Shown: positions 40,953 through 51,830, numbered from the stretch's first letter. The stretch: DNA of 64,000 bases from Verrucomicrobiota bacterium (GCA_039818205.1 JBCBUK010000004.1:8302-72301), one strand, 5' to 3'. Numbers and translations are program-made. The notes: generated by a model not told the origin, from the letters alone.

Positions 40953-43123
40953 ATCGCCAAATGATGTCTGAAGAAGTTACTGGATTGCCTGAGTCCGTTT
41001 TCATGCTTGGAATTGGGGGCATGGGTATGGCGCCGCTGGCCATCTATCTCTCGCAGGCGGGCGTTGCGGTGACGGGTTGGGATGACGCGATTCGCCCTGA
41101 AATGGCTGAGCTCTTGGAGAAAAATGGCGTTGAGCTGAGTGACGGTTTACCCGAGTCGCCGTCGCTGGTCGCGCGTTCAAGCGCCATTGGTGAACATCAT
41201 CGTTTGTTTATCGAGGCCAAAGATTTTGGGGCGCGTGTAATTCGCCGCGGTGAGCTGTTAGCCGAGATCCTAGCCGATAAACAGGTGGTTGCGGTAGTCG
41301 GAAGTCACGGTAAGACAACCACCACCGGTTTGTTGATTCACTTATTGAAGCGAGCGGGTTTTCCTTTTGGCTATTTGTTGGGCGGGCTATTTCGTGATCA
41401 TAGTTATCTTCCAGCCCAGTATTGTTCCGAGAGTCCGTGGGTTATTGCCGAGGTCGACGAAAGCGACGGTACCGTGGAACGCTTCTCACCAACGATCACG
41501 ACAACCGTAAATTTTGACTGGGACCACGCCGACCTCTATTCGACCGAGTCGGATTTGCGGGCTGCCTTTAAACGTTTGTTTTCTCGAACAAATGAACGGA
41601 TCATTATTCCTGAGAATTGCAATGTCCTTGGCCAGGTTGCTCCGGAAGGTATTACTTTGCGCCAGAAAGTCGGCTCTGATTTTAATGAATCGAATGCGGC
41701 CATGGCGCTGGCAACTGCGGAGCAGATGGGGGCAACGGTTGAGCAGTCAATGCTGCGGGATTTTCCGGGTATTCATCGGCGGCAAGATATCCTCTACCGA
41801 AACGAGTCGCTTAGCATCTTAGCCGACTACGCTCACCATCCGACTGAGATCCGAGCCTTGTTGGAGCATGTTCGCCACACCTACCCGGGTGAGATTGTGG
41901 CCGTTTTTCAGCCGCACCGGTATACTCGAACCCGTCAGTTCGCAGCGGAGTTTGCGGAGGTCCTTGGGTTAGCTGACAACGTTTTTTTGATGCCAGTCTA
42001 TGCCGCAAGCGAGGCTCCGTTAGAAGACGGCAAGAGCGACGTGATTGGTGCGGCTAGTCGACAAGACTGGCCCATCATGCAATCTCCGGAACTATTACAC
42101 CGGCTCGACAAAATTCTGGTAGGAGAGAGTAACCAAACGCTACTTTTTGTTGGGGCAGGGGATATCGATTCGCTCGCTCGCCGGTTTGTAAGAGACCGTG
42201 AGCGCTTCGACGGCTGGCGGACGAATCTGTCCGCTGATACACGATTGAGCATCGCCGAGCCTTTGGCCGGAAAAACAACCCTTAGGGTTGGTGGAGCTGC
42301 CCGCTACTATGCCGAGCCGGCTTCAACTGACGACCTGCAATGGTTGGTCAAAGAATGTCAGGTGGACGGTATCCCGTGGTTTGTCCTGGGGAGAGGTTCC
42401 AATTTGATCGTTTCCGATGAGGGATTTCCTGGACTCGTCGTGAGCTTGAGAAATCAAGTTTTTCGAGACTTCCAATCGCTTGGCGATGGACGAATCAGGG
42501 TCGGAGCTGGGCTTGCACTCAAGCGTCTCTGTGGCCTGGCTGCGAAGGAAGGGCTCGCGGGTTTTGAATTCCTTGAGGGGATTCCAGGGACAGTCGGCGG
42601 AGCATTGCGGATGAACGCGGGAGCCATGGGCGGGTGGATGTTTGACGTGGTTGAGCGGGTCGACTTTCTCTTGCCAACCGGTGAGATACAGTCGTTAGAG
42701 AAAGATTCGTTTCATGTTGGCTATCGCCGATGCGAAGAATTGGTCGGAGCCATCGCGCTTACGGCTGAGATCCGAGCGGGAGAACTTCACGACGGCAGTG
42801 AGATTCGCGAGCAAATGGATACCTATGCGTCGCGCCGCAAAGAGACTCAGCCGCGGGAACCAAGCGCGGGTTGCATCTTTAAGAACCCGGAGAGCAACCA
42901 TGCTGGAAAGCTGATCGACGAGTGCGGCCTCAAAGGGACGCGTATCGGTGGAGCCGAGGTATCGACGGTTCATGGCAACTTTATCATCAATCGAGAAAAT
43001 GCATCCGCTGAAGATGTGTTGGCGCTGATTCGTGCGATTCGCGCCGAGGTTCGGCGAAGCCGAGGAATCGCGCTGGAGCCCGAAGCACTTCTGATCGGTC
43101 AAACATGGGAGGACGTATTGTGA
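40949..43123 (+). CDS. murC/murB: Bifunctional MurC-MurB fusion
   Basis: N-terminal part GIGGMGM, GSHGKTTT, EVDESDG, DYAHHPTEI, FQPHRYTRT; C-terminal part TLRVGG, GRGSN, IPGTVGGA..MNAGA, SAGCIFKNP, HGNFIIN. Confidence 0.93.
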   Translation: MNRQMMSEEVTGLPESVFMLGIGGMGMAPLAIYLSQAGVAVTGWDDAIRPEMAELLEKNGVELSDGLPESPSLVARSSAIGEHHRLFIEAKDFGARVIRRGELLAEILADKQVVAVVGSHGKTTTTGLLIHLLKRAGFPFGYLLGGLFRDHSYLPAQYCSESPWVIAEVDESDGTVERFSPTITTTVNFDWDHADLYSTESDLRAAFKRLFSRTNERIIIPENCNVLGQVAPEGITLRQKVGSDFNESNAAMALATAEQMGATVEQSMLRDFPGIHRRQDILYRNESLSILADYAHHPTEIRALLEHVRHTYPGEIVAVFQPHRYTRTRQFAAEFAEVLGLADNVFLMPVYAASEAPLEDGKSDVIGAASRQDWPIMQSPELLHRLDKILVGESNQTLLFVGAGDIDSLARRFVRDRERFDGWRTNLSADTRLSIAEPLAGKTTLRVGGAARYYAEPASTDDLQWLVKECQVDGIPWFVLGRGSNLIVSDEGFPGLVVSLRNQVFRDFQSLGDGRIRVGAGLALKRLCGLAAKEGLAGFEFLEGIPGTVGGALRMNAGAMGGWMFDVVERVDFLLPTGEIQSLEKDSFHVGYRRCEELVGAIALTAEIRAGELHDGSEIREQMDTYASRRKETQPREPSAGCIFKNPESNHAGKLIDECGLKGTRIGGAEVSTVHGNFIINRENASAEDVLALIRAIRAEVRRSRGIALEPEALLIGQTWEDVL

Positions 43124-44052
43124 GTCAGCGAAAGCATATCACCGTGCTTTGCGGTGGAGAGTCACCGGAGGCGGAGATTTCTCGGGTGACGGGTAGTTCA
43201 GTTGCGGAAGGTTTGAGTCGTTCTTTTGAGGTCGAGCTGGTTGACCTTCCCACGGACGCATTACCGGCGGAACCGTTAACACCGGGAACGGTGGTTTTTC
43301 CTGCGATGCACGGCCCATTTGGCGAGGACGGTCAGCTGCAGCAACTCCTGGAGTCGGCTGGAATTGCCTATGCCGGATGCGCACCTGAGGCGAGCGCACT
43401 TTGCATGGACAAGGTTCGGTCAAAAGAGGTTGTTGCCGATTGCGGGTTCAAGCGGGCGCGTGACTTTCGCTTTCTCGCGCAAAGTAAACCGCTTGCCGAG
43501 CAAATCATCGAATCCGTTGGTGAGCAGATCGTGGTGAAACCGTCGAATATGGGGAGTAGTGTTGGCGTTCATATGGTCGATGGGTTAGCTGAGCTGCGAA
43601 CCGTCTTGGAGGAGCTTCCAGATGGCCAATGGATGGCCGAGGAGCGTATCGTGGGCAGTGAATATACGGTTGGTATTCTCGAAGGAGAAGCGATGGGCAT
43701 TGTCGAGATTCGACCGATCAAAGGCTTCTATGATTTGCAAAATAAGTACACTCCGGGAGCAACCCAGTACGTTTTCCCCGCGCCAATCGACGAAACTTTG
43801 GCCTGCAAAGTGAAAAAGTTTGCTGAACATGCTTTTACGGCTTGCGGTTGTCGTGATTTTGCTAGATTAGATTTTATTATCACGTCCGACGAGCGCCCAT
43901 ACTTTTTGGAAATAAACACACTTCCCGGGATGACGCCGACTAGCCTCCTCCCCAAAAGTGCGTTCTGCGTCAGCCTCGATTTTCCCAACCTCGTTAAGCG
44001 AATGGTTGAACCTGCATTTAAACGTGCCGACAACCAAAGCATTGCTCATTAA
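43120..44052 (+). CDS. ddl: D-alanine--D-alanine ligase
   Basis: GGESPE, HGPFGEDG, GSSVG, YDLQNKY, EINTLPGMT..SL. Confidence 0.95.
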   Translation: MSQRKHITVLCGGESPEAEISRVTGSSVAEGLSRSFEVELVDLPTDALPAEPLTPGTVVFPAMHGPFGEDGQLQQLLESAGIAYAGCAPEASALCMDKVRSKEVVADCGFKRARDFRFLAQSKPLAEQIIESVGEQIVVKPSNMGSSVGVHMVDGLAELRTVLEELPDGQWMAEERIVGSEYTVGILEGEAMGIVEIRPIKGFYDLQNKYTPGATQYVFPAPIDETLACKVKKFAEHAFTACGCRDFARLDFIITSDERPYFLEINTLPGMTPTSLLPKSAFCVSLDFPNLVKRMVEPAFKRADNQSIAH

Positions 44053-44056
44053 AAAA

Positions 44057-44995
44057 ATGGCCAAGAAACGAACCAAGCAAACCAGCACGAATAGCACCTG
44101 GCGAAACATTCAACAAAGTTTCACCGGGCGTGCGGTTACCAAGCATGCGCGCAAGCGCCGCTGGATGCTCAACCTCAAGTTTGTCGGTGGGCTCGCCGGC
44201 TTGGCCTTGGTCGGTGCCGGGGTTTGGGCTGGGGTTCAGTTTTTAAAAAGTGATTCCTTTGCTCGAATCATGGCTGGTGGCTCGGCTCCAGTTCGCAGCG
44301 TCTATTTGGAGACCGATGGTGTGCTCGATGAGGATTGGCTCAATGATACGATTTCCATTCCCAATAACATCGAGTTGATGGCGGTCGACATCGAGGGGAT
44401 TCAAGCAGTGATGGCTGAGGATGGACAAGTTCGGTCAGCGCTCGTGGAGCGAGTTTTTCCGGATACCATTCGCATTCGCCTTGAGGAGCAGCATCCAGTC
44501 CTCCGGATTGTTATGCAGGATGCCTCGGGTAAGAAATATCTCCGACTGCTCTCGCGCGACGGGGAGGTCTACATGGGCCAAGGATATCCGAAACATCTGT
44601 TACGCAATCTGCCGTTTGCGCAGGGAGTTACTTTGCGCCGAAAAAGTGGCGGTAGCTACGAACCGGTCGAAGGCATCCCCCAAGTGGCCGATTTCATGGA
44701 AAAGGTCCGAATCTTAATGCCGGAACGGTTTACCGATTGGAAAGCGATTTCGCTCCACCATTTTGATGCTAGTGGCCAATCGGGAACTTCACGCTACGTT
44801 GTTTCGACTCGTAAAGGATACGAGATCACGTTTTCGCCCGATAATGTGGAAGAGCAGCTTGCTCGGCTTCAAAGCATTTTGAGCCGGCTGGAGTCTCAGC
44901 GTCGCCGGATTGACCGCATCGATCTATCTTTGGATGATGCGGTGGTCAAACTGGCGGACTCTTCACCCAGCCACGGCCCCGCCCGTTTCCGATGA
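44057..44995 (+). CDS. ftsQ: Cell division protein FtsQ/DivIB
   Basis: Basic N-terminus, one TM helix, POTRA-like VRSALVERVFPDTIRIRLEE, C-terminal IDL; lies between ddl and ftsA. Confidence 0.85.
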   Translation: MAKKRTKQTSTNSTWRNIQQSFTGRAVTKHARKRRWMLNLKFVGGLAGLALVGAGVWAGVQFLKSDSFARIMAGGSAPVRSVYLETDGVLDEDWLNDTISIPNNIELMAVDIEGIQAVMAEDGQVRSALVERVFPDTIRIRLEEQHPVLRIVMQDASGKKYLRLLSRDGEVYMGQGYPKHLLRNLPFAQGVTLRRKSGGSYEPVEGIPQVADFMEKVRILMPERFTDWKAISLHHFDASGQSGTSRYVVSTRKGYEITFSPDNVEEQLARLQSILSRLESQRRRIDRIDLSLDDAVVKLADSSPSHGPARFR

Positions 44996-45040
44996 TCTAA
45001 CCCCGCCTGAATCAACCCGCGCCTAACGAACGACTGCAAA

Positions 45041-46252
45041 ATGAGCCAAAGTAGAATAATCGGAGCCGTCGACATCGGCGCCTCTTCAGTCACCGTCCTG
45101 GTTGGCGATATCGTCAACGGACGTAGTCTGAATATTATTGGCAAGCAGGATGCGACTTCGGCCGGGGTCAAGAAAGGAGAGATCATCGACTTCAAGGCGG
45201 TCAGCAATGCAACCCATGCAGCGATCATGGGCGCCGAGAAGAGTGCCGGCACACAGGTCGAAGGCATTTTCCTTTCTCAAACTGGCAATCACCTCGAAGG
45301 CTTTTTCAATAGTGGCGCAGTCAATGTTACCTCAAGTGATAACCGGGTTTCTCAGGGAGACATCAATCGGGTAACAACCGAAGCTAAGAGCAAGAAGCTG
45401 GCGGCTGACCGACTTTACATTCACCACATTCGCAACCATTTCATGCTCGATGGTCGACAGGTTGGTGACCCGCTAGGCATGGAAGGGGAGAAGCTCGATG
45501 TCGGATATTGGTCCGTCCACGGCGACGAGCGGAAGGTGCGCGACCACATCCACGTGATCAATGGTTTCGGGCTCAACGTTGAAGACATTATTCTCTCAAG
45601 TATCGCGTCGGGCACCGTTATCGCCAACGACGAGGAGAAACGGGCTGGAGTCTTGGTCATCGATCTCGGAGCTGGTGCTACCGATTGGGCAATCTACCAG
45701 AATGGTGTCGTTCGGCGTACTGGAGTACTTCCAGTGGGTAGCGATCATATTACTAACGACCTAGCACTCGGACTTCGCGTTAATCGGAAGTATGCCGAGA
45801 AGTTGAAGATGACTTTTGGCAAAGCAACCTTGGACTCAGAGGACATGCAGGAGAAGGTGTGGATGGTCGGCGACCAAATGATCGGTGACCGGCGGATCCC
45901 AAAACAAGCTCTGATCCAAATCATCCGCGAGCGAGTCGAAGAAACTTTTGAATTGGTGAAAAAGCAGGTTGGCGAAGGGTGCTCGCCCAAGGAGCTGCCC
46001 GCTGGCGTTATCATTACCGGTGGGGGTGCCCGCCTAGAGAATGTCGACTTGGCGGCCGAGAAGGTATTGGGTGTTCCTGCTCGTCACGGTGAGCTACCCG
46101 AGTGGGTGCATCCCAATTTGCATCAGCCGGAATACGTCACGGCGCTTGGCTTACTGCACTTTGCTCTTTCCGGCCAGTCCTTGGACGACAATCAGACACA
46201 GCGGCGCGAACGGGGTTTGTTGCGGCGGGTGTCACATCTTTTTGGAGTATAG
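45041..46252 (+). CDS. ftsA: Cell division protein FtsA
   Basis: DIGAS, GVKKGEI, DLGAG, HITNDL, AEKLK, ITGGGA; C-terminal amphipathic helix. Confidence 0.95.
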   Translation: MSQSRIIGAVDIGASSVTVLVGDIVNGRSLNIIGKQDATSAGVKKGEIIDFKAVSNATHAAIMGAEKSAGTQVEGIFLSQTGNHLEGFFNSGAVNVTSSDNRVSQGDINRVTTEAKSKKLAADRLYIHHIRNHFMLDGRQVGDPLGMEGEKLDVGYWSVHGDERKVRDHIHVINGFGLNVEDIILSSIASGTVIANDEEKRAGVLVIDLGAGATDWAIYQNGVVRRTGVLPVGSDHITNDLALGLRVNRKYAEKLKMTFGKATLDSEDMQEKVWMVGDQMIGDRRIPKQALIQIIRERVEETFELVKKQVGEGCSPKELPAGVIITGGGARLENVDLAAEKVLGVPARHGELPEWVHPNLHQPEYVTALGLLHFALSGQSLDDNQTQRRERGLLRRVSHLFGV

Positions 46253-46268
46253 AGGGGAGTAAGAATCA

Positions 46269-47576
46269 ATGGACGAACTAAATCAAGGAAGCCAATCGTT
46301 CAGCGGCACGTTAACCCCGGAGGGTGTGCGCCTGAAGATTATTGGTGTTGGCGGAGCTGGCACCAATGCGGTGGACCGTCTTCAGTTGGACCCCAACGAG
46401 AGCGTGAATCTGGCTGCCGTAAACACCGATGCTCAAGCGCTTGAGGCGTCTCCGATCGGAGATAAGATTTTGATTGGCCGCTCGGTGACCCGTGGTATGA
46501 GTACAGGTGGAGACGTCGAGATTGGCGAGAAAGCCGCCGAGAAGGACGAAACCACATTGCGGCAGATGGTCGATGGCCAGGATTTGATTTTCCTGATTGC
46601 TGGTCTTGGTGGAGGTACCGGAAGTGGCGTGGCGCCCGTTATCGCTCGGTTAGCCGCAGAGCAGGGCGCTCTGGTTATCGCTTTCGTTACTTTGCCGTTT
46701 ACCTTGGAGGGTGCGCGTCGCCACGAGATCGCTGAGAACACACTCGCAGGCTTGCGGACGCATTGCGATGCGGTCATTCCCTTGCCCAACGACTTGCTTC
46801 TCCAGCAGATGGATGAGACCGCGACGGTTCTGGATGCCTTCGCACAAGCGGATGCCTGGATTGGTCGGGGAGTCCACTCAATTTGCTCCATGCTGACCCA
46901 GACGGGCATGATCAACGTCGACTTTGCCATGTTGCGCAAGGTGTTCTCCGGTGCCGATGGCAAAACGTTGTTTGGTCTGGGCCGTGGTGAAGGCAAAAAC
47001 TTTCTGGACGAGGCCTTGAATGACCTAGCTTTGTGCCCTTTGTTGCACACACCGGGTTTTGCCCGGCGCGCGGATAGCTTACTCGTTAACATTATTGGCG
47101 GAACCGATCTGGGCATCGCCCACGTGAATCAGATCATGGCTTCTATCGCGGATAAGTTCGGGAGCAAGGAGCAGATCGTGCTGGGTGCCGTCATTGATGA
47201 GAGTTGCCAGAGTACGGTGGAGATTTGTGTTCTCGGTGCGACCCATACCTCGGGCTATCGGCCTGAGCGGAAGGCTCGGCGGACAGCGCCAATCGAGCGA
47301 GAGCCGAGTCATCAACCCCAGAAGAAAAAGAAACGCAAACGGGTTCCGGACGATGAGCTCTTCGGCGAAGAGGGCGACCTGTTGAAGCCCCAGGTTCACG
47401 AGAGTAAGCTCGGTAAAAAGCGCCAGACCGCGATCGATCTCGACCAGGAAGAGTTCACCTTTGTTGCCGAGGACGAGCAGCGAGGATTCTTTGACAACAC
47501 TGACCGCAATATTATTGACGGAGAGGATCTCGATGTCCCGACCTACCTTCGTCGCGGTGTCCGAATCTCGCTCTGA
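46269..47576 (+). CDS. ftsZ: Cell division protein FtsZ (divergent T7 loop)
   Basis: GVGGAG.NA, NTDAQAL, GGGTGSG, PFTLEG..R, C-terminal LDVPTYLR. Confidence 0.95.
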   Translation: MDELNQGSQSFSGTLTPEGVRLKIIGVGGAGTNAVDRLQLDPNESVNLAAVNTDAQALEASPIGDKILIGRSVTRGMSTGGDVEIGEKAAEKDETTLRQMVDGQDLIFLIAGLGGGTGSGVAPVIARLAAEQGALVIAFVTLPFTLEGARRHEIAENTLAGLRTHCDAVIPLPNDLLLQQMDETATVLDAFAQADAWIGRGVHSICSMLTQTGMINVDFAMLRKVFSGADGKTLFGLGRGEGKNFLDEALNDLALCPLLHTPGFARRADSLLVNIIGGTDLGIAHVNQIMASIADKFGSKEQIVLGAVIDESCQSTVEICVLGATHTSGYRPERKARRTAPIEREPSHQPQKKKKRKRVPDDELFGEEGDLLKPQVHESKLGKKRQTAIDLDQEEFTFVAEDEQRGFFDNTDRNIIDGEDLDVPTYLRRGVRISL

Positions 47577-47647
47577 GATTCGAGTTAGTTGATCGGTAAG
47601 ACTGTGGCTTGACGCCGTGTGGGAGCATGCGGCATAACGGCACGTTT

Positions 47648-49444
47648 ATGCTGCATGTCCGCAATGTATCTCTGGCCTACGGTGGCCCCTCTCTGCTAAA
47701 TGGTACCTCGTTTGAGGTCCAGGCGGGCGAACGCGTATGTTTAGTCGGTCGCAACGGCGCGGGAAAGTCTTCGTTGATGAAGGTCTTGGCGGGCAAGATT
47801 CAACCCGATGGCGGCGAAGTCTATGTTCCGCCTGGCAATCCGGTGGCGATGCTGGACCAGGAGGTTCCAGTGGGCTTGGCTGGCACGGTCACCGACGTGC
47901 TCGCTGCCGCCCTCGATGGACAAAACCTCGAAGATTGGGAGCGAGAGCGACGGTTGAGCCGTTTGCTCAAAGATTTGCAGATCGACGGTGACATGGTCTT
48001 CGATGATTTGTCAGCGGGCCTAAAACGGCGGGTCTTGTTTGGTCGATGCCTGGCCACTGAACCCGGAGTGTTGCTCTTGGATGAACCGACGAACCATTTG
48101 GATATCGACGCAATTAGTTGGCTGGAATCCTATCTGCCAAGCTATCGCGGAGCACTACTCTTTATTACACACGACCGTGCATTTCTACAGAATGTTGCCA
48201 CGCGAATCCTCGATCTCGAGCGCGGCCAGATAATCAGTTGGGACTGTGACTACAACACCTACCTCGGGCGTAAGGAAGCATGGTTGGAGGCTGAGGCGCG
48301 CCAGCGAGCAGAGTTTGATAAGAAGCTAGCTCAGGAGGAGGTGTGGATTCGTCGAGGTATCGAGGCCCGGCGCACTCGTAACGAAGGCCGCGTTCGCGCT
48401 TTGCTCAAGATGCGTTCTGAGCATCGCAGCCGCCGTGAGCGTCAAGGTACCGTAAATCTTGCAATGGAGGAGGCCGACAAATCTGGTTTGAAAGTTATTG
48501 CCGCCGAGGACGTGCAATTTGGCTATGAGGGTCAACCGATCATCAAGGATTTTTCGACCCTGATCCGTCGCGGCGACAAGGTTGGAATCGTCGGTGGCAA
48601 TGGCGCTGGTAAAACGACGCTGGTTCGTCTCTTACTGGGAAAGCTCAAGCCGGATCAAGGTTGGGTTAAGTTGGGGACGAACATCGAGATTGCTTACTTT
48701 GACCAGATGCGAGAGCAGCTCGACCCCGAGATGATGGTCGTCGACGCGATTGCTGGTGGCAGGGATTCCGTTACGATCAACGGCCAGCGAAGGCATGTCC
48801 TGGGCTATCTCGGTGACTTTTTGTTTTCTCCCGATCGCGCTCGCGGCCCAGTCAAGGCACTCTCGGGTGGCGAACGCAATCGGCTCTTGTTGGCCCGCCT
48901 GTTCACTAAGCCGTTTAACCTGTTGGTGATGGACGAGCCAACCAACGATCTCGATCTTGAAACACTGGAACTGTTGGAGGAGCGTTTGCTCGAGTATTCG
49001 GGTACCCTGCTCCTGGTAAGTCATGACCGTGCATTCTTAGACAATGTGGTGACGGAGCTTTTCGTGCTCGATGGTAGTTCCACCGTGCAGGAAATTGTTG
49101 GCGGTTACACCGACTACCTGGAACTCCGCAAAGCCGCGGAACAGAAGCCGCGATCCACGGCGACTTCAAAGGCAGAAAAACCCAAGGGGAAGCCGCCGAA
49201 AGCACGCAAGTTCCTCAACCGAGAGCGTTGGGAATGGGAGCGCTTGCCGGATGAGATCGAGGCGCTCGAAACCGAACAGGGGCAACTCGCCGAGAAGCTT
49301 AGCGATGGAGCGCTGTATCAAGAAACAGCGAAAGATGAATTGGCGCAGGTGCAGGCTCGTTTGGCTGAGATCGAAGAAAGTATTTTGGAGAAATACACGC
49401 GTTGGGAAGAACTCGACGCTCTAAAGACCGAGATCGAAGGCTAG
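47648..49444 (+). CDS. uup: ABC-F family ATPase, Uup-like
   Basis: Two NBDs, linker QEEVWIRRGIEARRTRNEGRVRAL, C-terminal coiled coil ending RWEEL. Confidence 0.88.
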   Translation: MLHVRNVSLAYGGPSLLNGTSFEVQAGERVCLVGRNGAGKSSLMKVLAGKIQPDGGEVYVPPGNPVAMLDQEVPVGLAGTVTDVLAAALDGQNLEDWERERRLSRLLKDLQIDGDMVFDDLSAGLKRRVLFGRCLATEPGVLLLDEPTNHLDIDAISWLESYLPSYRGALLFITHDRAFLQNVATRILDLERGQIISWDCDYNTYLGRKEAWLEAEARQRAEFDKKLAQEEVWIRRGIEARRTRNEGRVRALLKMRSEHRSRRERQGTVNLAMEEADKSGLKVIAAEDVQFGYEGQPIIKDFSTLIRRGDKVGIVGGNGAGKTTLVRLLLGKLKPDQGWVKLGTNIEIAYFDQMREQLDPEMMVVDAIAGGRDSVTINGQRRHVLGYLGDFLFSPDRARGPVKALSGGERNRLLLARLFTKPFNLLVMDEPTNDLDLETLELLEERLLEYSGTLLLVSHDRAFLDNVVTELFVLDGSSTVQEIVGGYTDYLELRKAAEQKPRSTATSKAEKPKGKPPKARKFLNRERWEWERLPDEIEALETEQGQLAEKLSDGALYQETAKDELAQVQARLAEIEESILEKYTRWEELDALKTEIEG

Positions 49445-49540
49445 GCGAGATCTCTCGCCAGATGCCTTGGGCTTGGGGTTCTCGACCCGGTTTGATATTT
49501 TAGGATTGGCGCACCGGCGAATTGGCAGTTCCTTGGTGGC

Positions 49541-50503
49541 GTGAATCCCGACGCCTCAGCTGATTCAACCCGGTCGCAACCACTTCAAGTGCTGGAAGAT
49601 GCCTTTGAGCGTGGGCAGCTGGCGCATGCCCTCTTGCTTCAAGGAGCCAGTATCGAAAGTTTGGATGCGGCCTGCCGTGTGATGGCGGGTAAGTTGCTCG
49701 AGACCGATGCGCCTCAGGATCACCCCGACTTTTTCAGCCTCCGCCCAAGCAAGAAATCTCGCCGTATCGGAATTGGTACTGACTCCGAGAAAGTGGGTGG
49801 TCAGTGGCCGCTGAATTCGATGCGTCGGTTCATCGCCGATCTTTCGCTGAGTGCAAACCGAGGAATGCGCAAAGTGGGTGTCGTTTATGAAGCCGATCGA
49901 CTCATGCCGCAGGCAGCAAACGCTTTTCTGAAAACCCTGGAAGAGCCCCCGCGCGATACGATTTTGTTTTTGCTGACAATTCGCCCCTATGACCTGTTGG
50001 CGACAATACGATCGCGGTGCCTGCTGGTGAGCTTTCCGGCCGAGAGCGATAGCATACAAGATCCCGAATGGCGCCAGTGGCTGGACGATTACGCCGAGCT
50101 GGTGACTTTGGCTGGCCGAGGCGCAAACCGTAGTTCGGCACCTGAGTTGATTATTGGTTCCTACGGCTTGATCACGCGCTTCCAAGGGATTCAACAGAGC
50201 CTGGTTGCAACCGCTTGGAAGGCTTACAAGGCAACCTTGCCGGATCGTCTTTCGGATGACGAAGTGACGGCTCTGGAAACCGGTTACCAGAAGAGTCTTC
50301 GTGGCCGCATGCTCATGGAGTTGGAAACGCAAACGCGCAATGCGGCGCTACAGAGTGAAGACATTTCGACCGCAGGCCGCCGTCTCGATCGGGTGACCCA
50401 GCTGCTTGAAAAAGCTTCGGGCTTACTGGAAGTCAATTTCCAGGAAGCCGCTGCTCTCGAATATTTCTTATTGTCCAGTCTCCGCGTCTGGGCGCGGAGC
50501 TGA
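49541..50503 (+). CDS. holB: DNA polymerase III delta-prime subunit
   Basis: LAHALLL, HPD, AANAFLKTLEEPP, LATIRSRC. Confidence 0.85.
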   Translation: MNPDASADSTRSQPLQVLEDAFERGQLAHALLLQGASIESLDAACRVMAGKLLETDAPQDHPDFFSLRPSKKSRRIGIGTDSEKVGGQWPLNSMRRFIADLSLSANRGMRKVGVVYEADRLMPQAANAFLKTLEEPPRDTILFLLTIRPYDLLATIRSRCLLVSFPAESDSIQDPEWRQWLDDYAELVTLAGRGANRSSAPELIIGSYGLITRFQGIQQSLVATAWKAYKATLPDRLSDDEVTALETGYQKSLRGRMLMELETQTRNAALQSEDISTAGRRLDRVTQLLEKASGLLEVNFQEAAALEYFLLSSLRVWARS

Positions 50504-50512
50504 GCTTGTTGG

Positions 50513-51808
50513 CTAGAGTTTGCGCAAGCCAGACGTAAGCACATCGATGGTCTTGTCGATATCGGCATCGCTATGCGCGGTGCTGATAAAGCAAGTCTCA
50601 TAGGCGGATGGCGGAAGGTATACTCCACTTTCCAATGCATGGTGAAACAGCACTTTGAAATTGTCAGTTTTGCTGGCGGTCGCCTCGGCGAAATTGGTTA
50701 CGGGTTCCTCGGCAAAGTATAGTGCGAACATCGAGCCAACCTGAGGAACCTGCAAGGGCAGGCCGATTTCGTTCGCTATTGCAAGTAAGGCTTCTTTGAT
50801 GCGCGTGCCCATCCCATCAAGGCGCTCGAACGGATTTTCAGATTTCAATAGGTCGAGTGCAGTAATTCCCGCAGCCATCGCTAGCGGATTCCCGCTCAAC
50901 GTGCCTGCTTGATACACCGGGCCCTCGGGAGCAAGCATGTCCATAATGTCGGCTCGTCCGCCAAACGCACCAACTGGGAGCCCACCGCCGATGATCTTGC
51001 CCATCGCGGTCAAGTCAGGGGTAATGCCTTCGCGTTCCTGGACGCCGCCAAGGGCAACGCGGAAACCGGTCATCACCTCGTCGAATATAAGCACGGTCTT
51101 GTTGTTCGTGCAGAGGTCGCGCAGTTTTTGCAGGTAACCTGGAAGTGGCAAAATTAAGCCGCAGTTGGCCGGATAGGGTTCCAGGATTACGGCGGCCAAG
51201 TCGCCACCATGTTCAGTAAAGGCTACCTCAAGTGCCGCAACGTCATTGTAGGGAAGCACGATGGTTTCGGATGCGAATCCAGCTGGGACACCTGCACTGT
51301 CGGGTTGGCCCAAGGTCAGTGCACCGGATCCCGCCGCGACGAGCAGCCCATCGACGTGTCCATGATAACACCCAGAAAATTTGATGACCTTATTGCGGCC
51401 CGTGAAGCCGCGCGCGAGACGAATGGCGGACATCGTTGCTTCGGTTCCGCTATTGACCATCCTTACTTTTTCTACCGACGGAACGAACTCAACCACGCGT
51501 TCGGCCATTGCGACCTCATAAGGATTTGGGGTGCCAAAACTGGTTCCTTTGGAAAGTGCGTCGGCAATTGCGTTACGAATCTCGAGGCGATTGTGGCCAT
51601 GGATTGCTGGCCCCCAGGTGCACACATAGTCGACGAGCTCTTGGCCATCGGCGGTTGTCAGCTTACTCCCAATGGCATTCTGGGTGAAAAACGGTGCGCC
51701 GCCCACGGAGCGAAACGCTCGGACCGGGGAGTTGACTCCTCCAGGGATTAGCTTTCGGGCGCGTTCAAATAAAGATTCGGAGCTGACGGTGAGGTTCTCT
51801 GCGGTCAT
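50513..51808 (-). CDS. hemL: Glutamate-1-semialdehyde 2,1-aminomutase
   Basis: [44 protein letters not shown]. Confidence 0.97.
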   Translation of the reverse strand: MTAENLTVSSESLFERARKLIPGGVNSPVRAFRSVGGAPFFTQNAIGSKLTTADGQELVDYVCTWGPAIHGHNRLEIRNAIADALSKGTSFGTPNPYEVAMAERVVEFVPSVEKVRMVNSGTEATMSAIRLARGFTGRNKVIKFSGCYHGHVDGLLVAAGSGALTLGQPDSAGVPAGFASETIVLPYNDVAALEVAFTEHGGDLAAVILEPYPANCGLILPLPGYLQKLRDLCTNNKTVLIFDEVMTGFRVALGGVQEREGITPDLTAMGKIIGGGLPVGAFGGRADIMDMLAPEGPVYQAGTLSGNPLAMAAGITALDLLKSENPFERLDGMGTRIKEALLAIANEIGLPLQVPQVGSMFALYFAEEPVTNFAEATASKTDNFKVLFHHALESGVYLPPSAYETCFISTAHSDADIDKTIDVLTSGLRKL

Positions 51809-51830
51809 GTCGGTAGGGTTTAAATTGAAT

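Noticed and set aside
43120..44052. Ddl as a D-Ala-D-Lac ligase
   Set aside because: The omega loop keeps KY, typical of D-Ala-D-Ala ligases.
47648..49444. ABC-F as an antibiotic resistance gene
   Set aside because: The linker and C-terminal domain match the Uup type, in a core location.
49541..50503. HolB lacking a Walker A motif as a novelty
   Set aside because: Delta-prime is normally ATPase-inactive, and the SRC motif is intact.
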